A stretch of DNA of 63,494 nt, counting the filler, from Choristocarpus tenellus KU-1152 (taxonomy: Eukaryota; Protista; Phaeophyceae): the NCBI GenBank assembly GCA_964200185.2. It is 7 parts of 7 records of this genome, joined end to end, with 100 filler letters (N's around TTAATTAATTAA, not from the genome) between each part and the next. Parts side by side here need not be neighbours in the genome. Positions count along the whole stretch, not along the records: positions 17,737 to 34,948 come from CAXNAD020000701.1; positions 35,049 to 38,061 come from CAXNAD020022938.1; 5 more parts are not named here. One strand, given 5' to 3'. The notes beneath the pieces were generated by a model that worked only from the letters and a program-made list of their open reading frames with translations, ran no database searches and was not told where the DNA came from. Position 1 is the stretch's first letter. Each line of letters begins with the position of its first letter. Below, piece by piece: positions 24,756 to 38,036 of this stretch. Position numbers and translations under genes: made by a program.

Positions 24756-27700
24756 ATGGTGGTCCAACACAAGAGGGGATCCCAAGGAGATAGTACTGGA
24801 AGCGTCAAACGACCGAAGAGTCAAGGAAGCCCATTCCACGAAGATGCCGACTTTGTTCAAGATGTGGGTATAAAGGAGGTGACAGTCCTGCCTTTTCAGT
24901 CTCGTCCTGACCCGTACATTGTCAAAACAGACGACTTACTGCAACTATATTTCAAAACCTCTAGTAGCATGTGAGAAAAACTATCCACTTTCTCCTACAC
25001 TTTGCAAACTTCATCTAATGGGGTCAACCTGTGCGGCAACTCTTCCTCTGCTCTGCGTTACATGATGATTTTACCCAGGATATGGAGGAGAATGAGGTTG
25101 AGGAGACTTCCCCATTAGAAGATGACGATGAGTCATCCACGCATGCAGCCAAATGGTCCAGACCTGAATTGAAGGCTTTCAATGTGAAGGACACGGCCAT
25201 CGCATTTCAGGCGAGTCCTGACCCACACCCTCACGAAGGGCAGGAAGAAGCCATTTTTTACCCTTGGAATATAGTAAGAAAGGCCAGTTTACACAATTTG
25301 CTGACTCCAAATATTTCCTTTGCGCGACTCTTTCGCCAACCTTGCAGTGGGTGGATGTTGATATGGCGTCAGGCGCTCCACTCACCACGGACCCTGCCAC
25401 TGGTCGAAAGCCAGCACAGCAGTCCCCTGAGAAGGTCGTGCCGGTGATCCGACTCTACGGTGTAACCGAAGAGGGGAACAGTGTATTTGTCCATGTGCAC
25501 GGATTTATTCCTTACTTCTATATCCCGTGCCCACCCAATTTCAAGGTAAGGGTCCCACTACCAAACTGTTTGTTGACCCACATGATCGCGTCGCTACAGC
25601 CTTCGGAGTCAGCACCGACCTACTCGCACATATTTGCCGGAGGAGGCGACCATTTCTCTCTTTCCTCTGCTCTAACACGTTTCACACTGCCAACAAGCAT
25701 TGCAGGATGAGCATCGTGCAGCACTGCAGGATGCTATCATCTCAGCTGTGCGTGCAAGAGAGCGGGGTGATGAGAAAATGTTGAAGTCTCCTTGTTTGGG
25801 AGTCCAGTGGGCTAGTGATATGCAATCACTTCTTGGGTATACCTTCGGTAACAAGAGGGATTTTCTGCGAATCTACCTTGCCATGCCAAGCCTTGTTCCG
25901 AAGGTAATACAAAAAACCAAGCAATGCTTAGCATAATTGAGCCTTCACTGGAGAACAGACGTTTCCATGCCATTTCTTCTGCATGTGCGTGATATCGTTT
26001 GGTTGGTGTAGATAATATTGTACGACTGCTGTGGGTAAAGCTATTGCAACCAGCACATTTCACATTCAACACTAACCATCCAAACCTGATGTGCCAGATC
26101 AAAACACTCCTGGCTGATGGCTTGATTGTGCAAGGGTATGGTCACTTTTCGGCTGCAACATCTTTTGAGAGTAATGTGCCATTTGTGCTTCGTTTCATGG
26201 TGAGTGATTCAGGCACACCATAAGCAGGGTGCCAAAGTCTACCATAGTTATGATGTCTAAGTTGTTAAAGGAGTTGGCGCAAACTGGATGGGCCCTTTTG
26301 ATGCAGCACCAAGACAATTGTTCTGAGCACCAAGACATTGTTCTGAGGACTATGGCTCATGTGTTGAAATTTGTGTGAAGTCCTGTTTTGTTTTGGCACA
26401 ACTTGGATGTTAGTCAGGAATTAGTGTATTCTACATGACAGCACCATATTGGATACTAGTACAACAGCAGGTACCTGTACCATTTGCCTTGCCATAGGTG
26501 GACAAGGAGATTGCAGGCGCCAGCTGGGTAGAGCTACCACCCGGCAGTTATTCTGTCCGAAGTGAACATCAGCAGAAGTCACATTGCCAATTGGAGCTCG
26601 ATGTATTCTTTAACCACCTCAAGAGTCATCCATGCGAGGGGGAGTGGAACAAAGTGGCACCCCTGCGGATTTTGTCATTTGATATTGAATGTGCTGGGCG
26701 TAAGGGTCACTTCCCAGAGGTGAATGGATTCCAGATTTTTTTCATTTGTTTTTTATTATTATTTTGGTTCCTGGACACGCTGTTTGCACATTCTGTGTTA
26801 ATAACATTGCTGGAAAATTGCAACATGTAACATAACTAAAAAACCCATTCACCCTTACCCTTGTGCAATATTGTTTTGTTTCTTATTTTTGTGTACCAAC
26901 CCCTCCACAGGCTGAGAAGGATCCAGTGATCCAAATAGCAAACGCTGTCCAGGCCCAAGGCAGTGGAGAGTTGATGGCCAAGAATATCTTCACACTTGGG
27001 GGATGTACCCCTATTGTTGGGGCTCATGTTGTCACCAGTGAGACAGAGGATGAGCTACTAATGAGAGTGAGCATACGCAATCTAAGCCGTAAGCTCATCT
27101 CAACATTTACTTTAGGCCTAGACATTTTGCAGCTACCTCAATCTTGTGCAGGCCCTAGCTTTGTGTGTGTTTGTGCTTATTGGCAACCTCAAGAAGTTGG
27201 TGACTAAGCTTGTGGAACAAGATTCACTAGGCTCTCTCTTCTCAACCTGATACAACAGCCTTCCCTGTCCTTGCCTTCAGTGGAGTGAGTTCATCAAGGT
27301 TGTAGACCCAGACATCCTAACTGGATACAACATCCAGAACTTTGATGTACCATACCTACTCAACAGGGCAAATACATTGGCCAAGAAGTGCCCAGGACTC
27401 TCCAAGTTTGCAGAGTGGGGTCGCCTTCGAGGATCTCGAGCAACAATGAAGTGAGCTCTACCAAAGGATAAACCCATGCACTGCTTTCCCTCAAGTTATG
27501 ATCTATTCATGTTGAGTTTCATGTTGAGTAAGTATACCCGTGTATAATGTAGCTAGGTCAAGATGAATGCGAGTTCAAAATGAATCTGCAAGATTGAAAG
27601 GGGGAATGGGGATGGTCAGAGCACTTTGGCACTAAGCATTGAAGGACAGTTGGCTGATTGGTACACTTGTACACACTTAAGAGAATGTGATAGCATAGCA

Positions 27701-30700
27701 TCTCCAACACTTTCCTTTAATAATAGAATGACTTCTTCACAGGGACTCAACCTTCCAGAGCAGTGCATATGGTAAGCGCGAGAATGTGGATACTACCATT
27801 GATGGGCGGGTGATGTTTGATATGCTTCCATATATGTTCCGCAACCACAAGCTCAGCTCCTACAGCCTCAACAATGTGTCATCCGAGTTCCTACATCAGC
27901 AAAAAGAGGATGTGCACCACTCCATCATATCTGACCTGCAGGTGGGTAACCAAATTGTGGACAGCCCAACACTGTTGTTACACACAAGCAGCTTCATCTA
28001 CTCCTAATCTGTAGTAGGGTGAATGTTGGGTGTAATGTGGAACTTCTTGACTGTGAGTGTGATCATCTGTAGTGATTAAAGTAATGGTGAAAGTAGTCAT
28101 GAACACGTTCATCTTGTGCCCAATATGCACACAGAGTCCAATCACATGGACCACCAATACATATTCTGTCACCTGTAAGATTCTTTTGTCTGATTGACTT
28201 GACTTGACTTGACTTGATTTGACTTGACTCAACCACCACTTCAGACCACCTTTAGTATCGCAGTCATGGTACATACATACCAACAAGTGTCACAGTCATG
28301 GATTCTCTTACCTGATCTAGTCATTCCTTATTCCAAAATTACTCAAATTGACTGTGGAACAGTGACTTTAGTGCCATTAATTGTCTCTCTGGGTTAATAG
28401 TGAGCAAGAGTGACTGTCAGGTACTGCTGAGGGTCAAAGTATCCGGGGGGGTGGCTACGTACGTTTTTGACCCTGAATAAAAGGAGTACTGTTGGAGTTA
28501 TATTGATTTTTAACTTGACATCAAGCCCTCTTAGCACATCCAATCACATCAATCCAACTCGTTTGAAAAAAAAAAGAACGGTTCAGATGAGGACCGGAGA
28601 CGCCTCGCAGTATATTGCATCAAAGATGCTCTCCTGCCTTTGCGCCTAATGGACAAGCTCAGTGTCATGGTCAACTACATTGAGATGGCCAGGGTTACAG
28701 GGGTACCCCTCAACTTCCTCCTCTCACGTGGGCAACAGATCAAGGTGACAATTGAGGCCTCATCCTGAGAATACAAATCAACCACCTTTACCATAACTAT
28801 TAGGCTGAACAAACTTGTAATTAGTATTCCAAGTCAATATGTGTTAAAATGGCAGGGCATTTCTCCTTGGGAGTACAAGACTAAAGTCAAGAATGGCAAG
28901 GAATGATGCTAGTTTTATTACTACTTTGCCTTGGTATTTTATTAAGGTTACAGACAACAGAGAACTAGAGGGATGTAAGTAAGCAAACTGGAATGAAATT
29001 GACTGAGGGTATTCTATCAATCCAATATTGAACAGAGAGGATATCTGGTTTGTGTTGGCCCAGAGCCTACTTTTGCTTGTCTAGCATGCTACTGATGCTT
29101 GTACCAGCTGATGGTGTTATTATTGAGAATGCGTTCAGTATATACTATTTTCTGAAGTAACACACACACGAGTTCTACACACGTTTGAGTTCTTGAGTAG
29201 AACACTTTCCTTCTTAGTGAGTGGTTTGCAGATGTGTATGTACTCCTGCTGCCTCCTTGGTCCACTGGAAGCTGCAGGGGAAACCCTGCCCAATGATGAT
29301 CCAATAATGATCCAATGATAGTCACCCAAAAACCACAAGTACAAACCACATGTACAAACCACATGTGCAGGTGTTCTCAATGCTTTTGCGCAAGTGCAGG
29401 ACTGTGGGTCTCCTCATTCCTAACCTACCCAAGCATGGAGCAGACCAAGAGACATATGAGGGTGCCACAGTCATTGAGCCAAAGAAAGCCTTCTATGAGG
29501 AACCCATTGCAACGTTGGATTTTGCTTCCTTGTACCCATCGATCATGCAGGTGATATATCTTCACATCCTGAAACAAGGTGTGTTGATGAGTGTAGTGTG
29601 TATTCTCACTACACTCATGCAGGTGAATTGAGTTGGATGTTACTAGTAGTTTTAATTGATCTTAGGAGCAAGGACTTTGCTTGTAAGGGGTGTCTCAATG
29701 ATATTTTACAGCATTATTTATATTATTATTTTATTATTATAGTTTTATTTTAGTTTTTGGTGTGTAGATGTGTACGGTATGAGTGTACTGTCAAAATGGG
29801 CACCTTATTTTGGGCTAAATTGTAACGAGGTGTTGGTTGCCTTTTTTAAAATTGTGGTAAAAAAGGGTTACACTGCCATCGCCGCTTGTGATTGCCAAGT
29901 TCTTGGGAGGTGCTGAAATGTGGAAAAATAGGCCTACAAGAATCTTTGATTCTGACATCAGATTCTGATGCCAAGATCTAGAGCACGCAGTACAGGGTCT
30001 ACTCTTGGTGAAAAGAATAATATATCTGATTGAACGATAAATATTATTAATCATAGCTTTGTTCGCTACAGTATGGTAAGATATGTTAGACTGGTCCCAT
30101 AATTGCATAGTGTTATCCCAATTTCTTGACAAAAGCAGAGGGCGTGCTTCAACCCCTTACGCCCCTGAGGTAGTGGTCTTTCACTAGACCTGCAAAAGAT
30201 TATCTCTTACTAGTCCTCCTAGGTGGTACAGTGGTACTTCAACATCTCACACAAATCAGAGGTTGTGGGCTCTTACCCCAACTAAGGTATTTCCTTGACT
30301 CCCTCCTGTGGTAGGATAAACACCAACAATATATTTCAGGAGGTCCTGGGTGGGCTGGAAGAGAGGATTGAATATTTAGCCCACAAAGTAAGGACTAGGG
30401 AACTAGTGGGGCTATGGGTAACAGATTGAGCAAGGCAGTGCCCTGACCTCCCGTTCTGTCTATATTTTGATATATCACTATGCCACTCAAAGATGTCTTG
30501 AGCAAGACTATGATAGTGCCTTCCTTGGTGTTAATAGTTTTATCTCAATTTTGATAGGGTTAGGGTTTGTACACACCTTCCTTTTCCCTGTGTGGTTATG
30601 TATGGTGCTCTTATGCACCTTGTAGTATGCTGCATGTAGTGGTTAGGGTTAGTGTAGTGGTTGGTAGTGTAGGTTGAGAATTTCTAGTCAGTTTCATCAT

Positions 30701-33700
30701 TTTGTCATTTAGTTTAGTTTATTTTCAGTAGTTTCTGGTTTGGTACCAGAACATAACAATGAGACTGCCTGCACAAATCCAGCATGTCCTTTGAAAGGGT
30801 GGTAGTAAAATTTAAAAAATGAATCTACCCCACATGCTAACAACCCCCTAAAAGCTGAGGATGTCTGTACCCCATACACCCAAGCGCATTGAAGTTTTGA
30901 AGGTATAACCATGTTTGTTTCATGTTGAGGTGTGACTAGAATTAGCATCCTTCGACAAGGAGATGCAATTTTACACCAAGGGAGGTGTGCCCAACTACCA
31001 ACTATCAATAGCCTTGAATGGTGTCATAAATTACAGTAGAAGCATGGAACTTGCAGATTTGCTTCTTAAGTAGAAAACACTGAATATCAGGTCAACATAT
31101 CTAAAATGTTCATGCGTGGGACTCTTCCAGGCTCTGTTTGTGGCGTATTGACATTAATCATTGCTATAGTTGACTCTTCAATCTGTGTGCTTGAATATCC
31201 TATTGCTGCTCTACTCCATAGGCATACAACCTGTGCTACTCTACACTGGTTGCCAAGGAGGACAAAAGCCGCCTGTCCCCAACTGACTACATGACCAGCC
31301 CAAGTGGGGACATATTTGTCAAGTCAGAGGTGTGCAAAGTGTGTGGCTTTTGGTGTGACTAGTGGATCAGTGACCAATCTGGATTGAGTGCATACACACT
31401 GCTACACCTTCATGTATGTTATGTATACTAGACTACCTTTTTGTATCCACACTTTGCCTGACCTTGTGAGGTAGTCATTGATGTAAAGGATCAAAAATTA
31501 TATTTTTAATACTCACTTATGTGGTACTCATCACCAGGTCAGGAAGGGGATCCTCCCAGTCATTTTGGATGAACTGCTGACTGCAAGAAAGAGGGCAAAG
31601 AGGGACATGGCCATTGCAACTGATCCAATGGCGAAGGCTGTCCAGAATGGGCGGCAGCTAGCCCTTAAGGTAATCTTGGTCTACAGTGCCTTTTTGCCTT
31701 GTTGGATTGTTGTTCATCTACACACTGGTATTGCTACAAACCATCTAGCAACAGCTGTGATTGCCTCGAGCAGGTGTGATATTGATGGTAGTACCGTACT
31801 TGAATGTATATTATATTATAGTAGTACATCTTTGTGTAATGTTTGCTTAGAGCTCTGCTCTGATGCTCACCTTCACTAAGGGTTTGCTTAAGTTTGTAAT
31901 CACTGGGGGTCAAACGGATGTCTTTCAACTATGGGGCTCTGACACTAGTCATCATATATTCATACTTTGTACTACAGCCACAAGGACAAGATAGTGTAAT
32001 GGATGGGACATCTGCTCATTTGTCAAGTAATTGTGAATGAAGCATCACTAAGTATTCTATTTTATTTTATCTGTGACCACTACAACCCAATTTGGTTATG
32101 CTTACATCAATGTTTTGACAGATCTCTGCCAACTCTGTTTATGGGTTCACTGGAGCTACTGTGGGTCAGTTGCCCTGTCTTCCCATTGCATCCAGCACCA
32201 CCTCTTATGGGCGGGACCTTCTTTTTAGAACAAGGAGTTATGTGCAGGAAAAGTACACTGTCCAGGTGGGTCAATGGAGTTGTTGGCCATACCATGGTTG
32301 TGTTTGTGTAGTAGGATATGAGTGTGTTTACACGACTGAGGAATTGTGTTGTATATCATCATTCTTGCTTCAACCGGGCTCTAACAGACATGAATGAAGC
32401 CAACTCATTTGGCCTTAAACTGCCCTGTGAACAGAATGGATATGCCTTCGATGCAGATGTGGTATATGGTGACACAGATTCAGTCATGGTCAAATTTGGG
32501 TGCAAGACAGTTGCTGAGGCCATGCCACTTGCAGAAGAGGCAGCAAAGGAAGTCTCAGAAATCTTTCCACGGCCTATCAAGCTGGAGTTCGAGAAGGTGT
32601 GAGCTTTCTTGGAACCTTGCACCCCTGTATTGGTTGAGTTGTATTGCAGTAAATACTTGACTGTCTTGACTATCTTGATTATGCTGTGAACCGAAGACTT
32701 GATTTGCCTTTATCAAAGACACTGTTATGTTGTTCCATGCAGTATCTATCAAATGCACTGACTCAACCTAAATAAACATTTTGTGCAGGTGTACTGGCCT
32801 TACCTTCTCATGAACAAGAAGCGCTATGCAGGACTTCTGTGGACCAATATGGAAAAATATGACAAGATGGACACTAAGGGGCTAGAAACTGTCAGGCGGG
32901 ACAACTGCCTACTAGTCCGCAAGGCACGAGATTTTCTGAGCATATTCTGAGGCTTGCTCAACATCATGATTACTGAATAGAGACTGAGGAAACAGCCATG
33001 TAACATGAACATGGTACAGAAGTTCCAACATTTTTTTCTAATTTTGACATGCTTCACTTCTTGTACCTATTTTATTGAACACCTACCCAGGTGGTGGATA
33101 CATGCCTACGAAAGATTCTCATTGACAGAGATGTACAAGGCGCCATTGGTTACTCCAAACAGGTGTGTCTCTAAGTAGATACCTATAGTAATGGTTAGGG
33201 TTATGCCTCGATAACTCAGTTTGCGGTCTCTGAGACAATACTACAGATACGACATTGTTGCAACCATGTACACCAAGCAACCATACACACCAAGCCGAGT
33301 GTCCCTCCAATTCTACCTCAGGTAATCTCTGAGCTATTGCAGAACAAGATGGATATCTCTCTTCTTGTCATTACCAAGTCTTTGGGTAAGAGTGCCGACA
33401 GTGAGGGTTATGTGGCTAAGCAGGCTCATGTGGAGTTGGCAATGCGAATGAAGAAAAGGGACCCAGGAAATGCACCAAATGTTGGGGATCGTGTTCCTTA
33501 TGTGATAATACAGGTATACATGTGCCGTACCTTGTCCTCAAATTAATGTTTGATGAGCTACCATGTGTCTTCTTTGGCAAGGAGATATCATGTAATGGGC
33601 AGCATAAGTTTTACAAAATAGTGAGCCATGAACAGTGTTTATTAGCCTATTTGATATCCTATTTGATGTCCTCAGGATCTATATCACAGACTACAGCACT

Positions 33701-34721
33701 TCATAGGATTGGTTACGAGTTGGACAGTGGATGTTAAGCAGTGGTTGCAATAATGAAAGATCATACATACATTACACCATAGTTGGCATCACTTCATTCC
33801 ATATGTGCTTCTAAATGTCTTGACAATTGTGCCAGTTATCCTTTTGATTTGAGATTTATTCTTACTAATACTACTGTTTCTTGGTTCCAACTTCAATGCC
33901 AATGCCTTCCAAAATATAGAAAGTCAGAGATTGTGGCCTTCACCTTTTTCTGTGTTTTTGTATGTTAACATAATGCTGACAATTCTGGAGCTTATCCTCA
34001 CACTTCCCACAAGCACTGTTCACCTTTACCTTCACCTTCACCTGTGCAAATGTGACGGTCTTACCTAATCTTCAGGCAGCAAAAGGTTCTCCAGCCTACG
34101 AGCGTAGTGAGGACCCTGTCTATGTTTTGGAGAACAACCTGCCAATAGACACAGAGTACTACCTCACCAACCAGCTGAGCAAACCCATATCACGCTTGTT
34201 TGAGGTAAATTTGAAGTAGTCTTGAGTGGTCTAAAGGGTAATGATGTCATCTTTGAATGGTTTTACTGCTGCCTACTGATCAATTGGTTAATTACTGTTC
34301 AAGTTTGATGTTTGTTCCCTAATCCTCCTCTCCCAGCCCATCATCGACAACCCATCTGTCCTTCTACATGGGGAGCATACACGCTCCATTGTCAAAAAGA
34401 CACCAACTGCCCGGCCCGGTGGAATCATGATGTTTGCTGTCAAGAAACTCAAGGTTAGCTGTAGTACTATCAATACCCTAACATAAATAGTACTCCAAGC
34501 ACAAGGTGTCTCAAGGGATGTCACAGGTGTGCTATACTCTGAGGAGAGTTCACTCTGACTCCACCCTGTTCTTCTAACCTAGAAACTTCCTGTTCACTTA
34601 TTTGTTTTGATTTGTACTACAGTGTATGGGGTGTAAGACACCCATCAGTGGAACAGACCAGACACTGTGTGTGCATTGCCGCTCCAAGGAGGGAGACATC
34701 TATGCAGCCAAGCTAAGGGAT
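24756..34721 (+). CDS. POLD1: DNA polymerase delta catalytic subunit, 3'-partial (CysB exon lost beyond the contig end)
   Basis: 21 exons: 24756-24878, 25079-25210, 25348-25545, 25706-25903, 26098-26199, 26498-26719, 26911-27066, 27281-27450, 27743-27941, 28577-28744, 29371-29550, 31222-31329, 31538-31669, 32122-32265, 32435-32596, 32789-32923, 33091-33162, 33322-33513, 34076-34204, 34337-34453, 34623-34721. Motifs are [57 protein letters not shown] and CysA CMGC..CVHC. Confidence 0.98.
28431..28473. mobile_element. 43-bp minimal TIR element with TGA target-site duplication
   Basis: tga|GGGTCAAAGTATCCGGGGGGGTGGCTACGTACGTTTTTGACCC|tga, in POLD1 intron 9. Confidence 0.7.
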
Positions 34722-35649
34722 GTAAGTATGTCAAATGAAAAGTGCTTGGATTTTTTTTAAATTATATTTTTGTGTGTCACATAATTTGTAGACTAGTGCA
34801 GTGTCTCATCAATCCAACTGTTGCACACCATGGAGTATGGTCATGGAGTGGCCATCATGGTTTGCGCCGGACAATGCTAAATGTCATGCAGGATGAACCG
34901 CAGGTTTATCAACTCTGTAGGTCTTGGGTCAAAGTATCTGTGGGGGGGNNNNNNNNNNNNNNNNNNNNNNNNNNNNNNNNNNNNNNNNNNNNTTAATTAA
35001 TTAANNNNNNNNNNNNNNNNNNNNNNNNNNNNNNNNNNNNNNNNNNNNGGGGGGGGATGTTGCATCTGACAGGGCTGAAGTTGTCTATGGTCTAGCTAGT
35101 AAGTACTACCTGATGTGACAATAAAGTTGTAATGGAAAATGTAGAAGAGATTGTGAATCGATCAACTGAGTGCCTTTGCTTGGTACGATATCAATCAATA
35201 ACAGTCTCGGTCAATTCATACCCTGGGACCGGCAGGTAGTGTCTGTTGAAATGTGCCCTGTTTCCCAGCGCTGTCTTTTGTGCTGGTCACCTGGAGATTT
35301 GGGTTCATTTTTTTATGAGGTTCCTTGAAGCGCACTGTTGGCTCAGTCTGTAGTGCCATATTAGTAGTGTAATGACATTTCGAAGCATGTATATATATAC
35401 ATACATACAAATATATATATGTAGTTCTCAATTTATGCCGTACTTCCGTGGGTTTTTTTTTAGCATTCAAATTGATACGTTGTGCTTGAATAACAATACT
35501 AGTGCCGACAATGGTCATGTCACTCTGCCGAAGCACTAGACACAAGACAGTACGCTTTACCTGGCCTCAGGTTCTACTCCGAGCCGCTGCAGCATTCCAC
35601 GTCTTACACAAAAACACACACACATGCTCTCGTCGACTTGTACAAACAC

Positions 35650-35653
<4 letters not shown>

Positions 35654-35684
<31 letters not shown>

Positions 35685-35702
35685 TGTGTGTGTGTGTGTG
35701 TG
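35654..35702. repeat. (GT)n microsatellite
   Basis: About 24 GT units, ending 8 bp upstream of an AAG acceptor. Confidence 0.95.
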
Positions 35703-35710
35703 CAACAAAG

Positions 35711-36067
35711 GCACTCCGCCGTAAGTACCGCCTCCTCAAGGATCGTGCTAACGAAGAAGACATGCGCCTCCAGCTGGAGGAGAAGCGACAAGCACTGGAT
35801 AAGGAGTTCGGGGACACAAACGCCTCCCTACGTAAGGAAGTTCAGTGTGCGGAGGTGAAGTTCTAACTGATGCGGCGGCAGTGGTAGTTACCAACTCATT
35901 GCCTTGCTTACTGATGATTGTTTGCATGTTGAAACACCAGCGCCTATCTCTGAGTATCTGATGCAACGGTGTGGACAGGAGCCAAGTCTGTCTGATTCGT
36001 CGTTGATCTTGCTAGTAGATATACAGGCTGGATATGTGCTGGACGAGATGAGGGACTGTTCAATATT

Positions 36068-36103
<36 letters not shown>

Positions 36104-37180
36104 AGTCTCGAGACTTGGTATATCTTTCTACCCCCCGGGGAATAGGTGTTGTAGGTAAATGAGTTCTAAAATATATTCTGGACAGAAGACATTGTGGAGG
36201 AAATAGCCCTGGATCTGGTCTGAGTCGTAGAGGTCAGGCCTGTTTGTAACAATTAAAATATATATATATATATATATATATATTTTTTCCAAGGCCTGCT
36301 CCTATATTCCCGTTCCTGAGAAATGTTGAAAAAAAACAGGAAATTTCGGAAAATTATAAGGTAATTTTTTTTTTGGTCAATGCTGCGGAACGATCGAGTC
36401 TTTACAAAAAAAATGACAGAAGCTGTGTGAGTTGAAAGTTGTGCGAGAGTGTTCAGGAGCAATGTCAGTGTTGATCCATTGCTTTGTTTGAGGCGTGAGT
36501 TCTTCGTGTACACTATTGTGGGTGGAAGGAGACAATGCCTTCCTTTCCTTTCTATTTCAAATTGGGGTTAGGGAAATTGCACCACAAAGCTACTCCCCAT
36601 GAATGCATTAGTTGTACCATTGATGGTTGCGTACGAACGAGGCAGTGGGAGTGAAGAAGAAATGACGTACTTTGCAAGTTTTTTTTTTTTGGTAGCATTT
36701 TTATAAAAATTTAAAAAAAAAGTGTTTTTGATGTAAGAGAATCGCAGTCAACTCCGACGAACAAGCCACACTTATTGCATTCTTGAGCACCGTTTGTTAG
36801 CAGCGCAGAAAGAAAAACAAAAATGAGAACTACCTCTAATTGTGTTTTGTCAATGTTTGCTAGTGTTGTCAAGATGGTGCTTGGAAGTCCCATTCTGTTG
36901 TAAGCACTCCTGTCGTTCTACTGCTGCACACACCAAGTACCTTTTATCCCAAGGTGTGCATTTAAGAGATTGGATGCATGGTTGACTTCCAGCACAGTTC
37001 CCCCGTCTGTGCACACTGTCCCTTACCTTGGCTTCCCACCCTCGACACCCCCCTTCCCCACCCCATGTTCCTCTTATGTATCAATATTAGATGGAGGCAC
37101 AAAGACTGCAAGAAACTGCGCAGGAGGCGGAGAGAGGTCGCCAGCTCTTGGAGTCCAATGCAGCGCACATTCACCGTGAG
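35711..37180 (+). CDS. Two internal exons of an unidentified coiled-coil protein
   Basis: 35711-35854 (ALRRKYRLLKDRANEEDMRLQLEEKRQALDKEF..CAE|gtgaag) and 37091-37180 (MEAQRLQETAQEAERGRQLLESNAAHIHRE|gtacgt). Both are phase 0, with charged helical composition. Confidence 0.6.
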
Positions 37181-37995
37181 GTACGTATCAATTGATGATG
37201 TGGATGGGGTCTGTCTGGGTGGTCCTTGTCAGGATTTAACGAAGGTTTTTGTTGTAGGGGGGAGGGGGGTGGGGTGGGGTATGGTGTGTCAGGATCTATG
37301 AAATCACCGGTACATGTACATGTGAAGTAGGACTTTCATATATATATATATATTTCAAACTGTATGTAGGGAATTGTCGGTTGAGGATAGCCTGTGTGAT
37401 TGCTGAGGCGGCGAAGGATGTGTATGCAGCAGTGCAAAGGCGTTCCGTTTTTATTGGTTGAATGCGGCGTGTGTTCTGTTCGATTGGTGCAGATGTCACT
37501 GTTCGTTGTGTTTGTTGCTGTTGCTGTTGAAAAGGCATTGTTTTTTGTTTTTGTGTGAGACGGAGAGAGAGATATGGGCAAACCAACAAAACGACACAGG
37601 TTCACTCTGTGTGCACGATGCGTGAGAGGTGCCAGTCACCGTGTTTACTTGCGTTTTTTCAGAGTGTTCCCCGATGCAACACGAAATGCTAGGGTGGGGA
37701 GCTAGCAATCTTCGTGTTTCTTCCACACACCTTTTTCTTCCTCAGAAAGAGGCACATTGTTCATTTTTACCATAGGCTTGCTTTTTTATCCCCCTGCCTA
37801 TTGAAGGAGATTGTTTTGAAGGTGACTATTTTCATGTGTCGAATACTTCCAATGAGAAGTTGCCAGTTCAGTTCATTCCTGCTATTTTAACGGATGCACT
37901 GTGTACAAGAAGAGCAAAGTTGCTTGTCACTTGCCAAACCTTTTTTTCCTTTTTTTTCAATCCCCTGTTCATTTCCATCAAATCCATCCCCTCCG

Positions 37996-38036
<41 letters not shown>

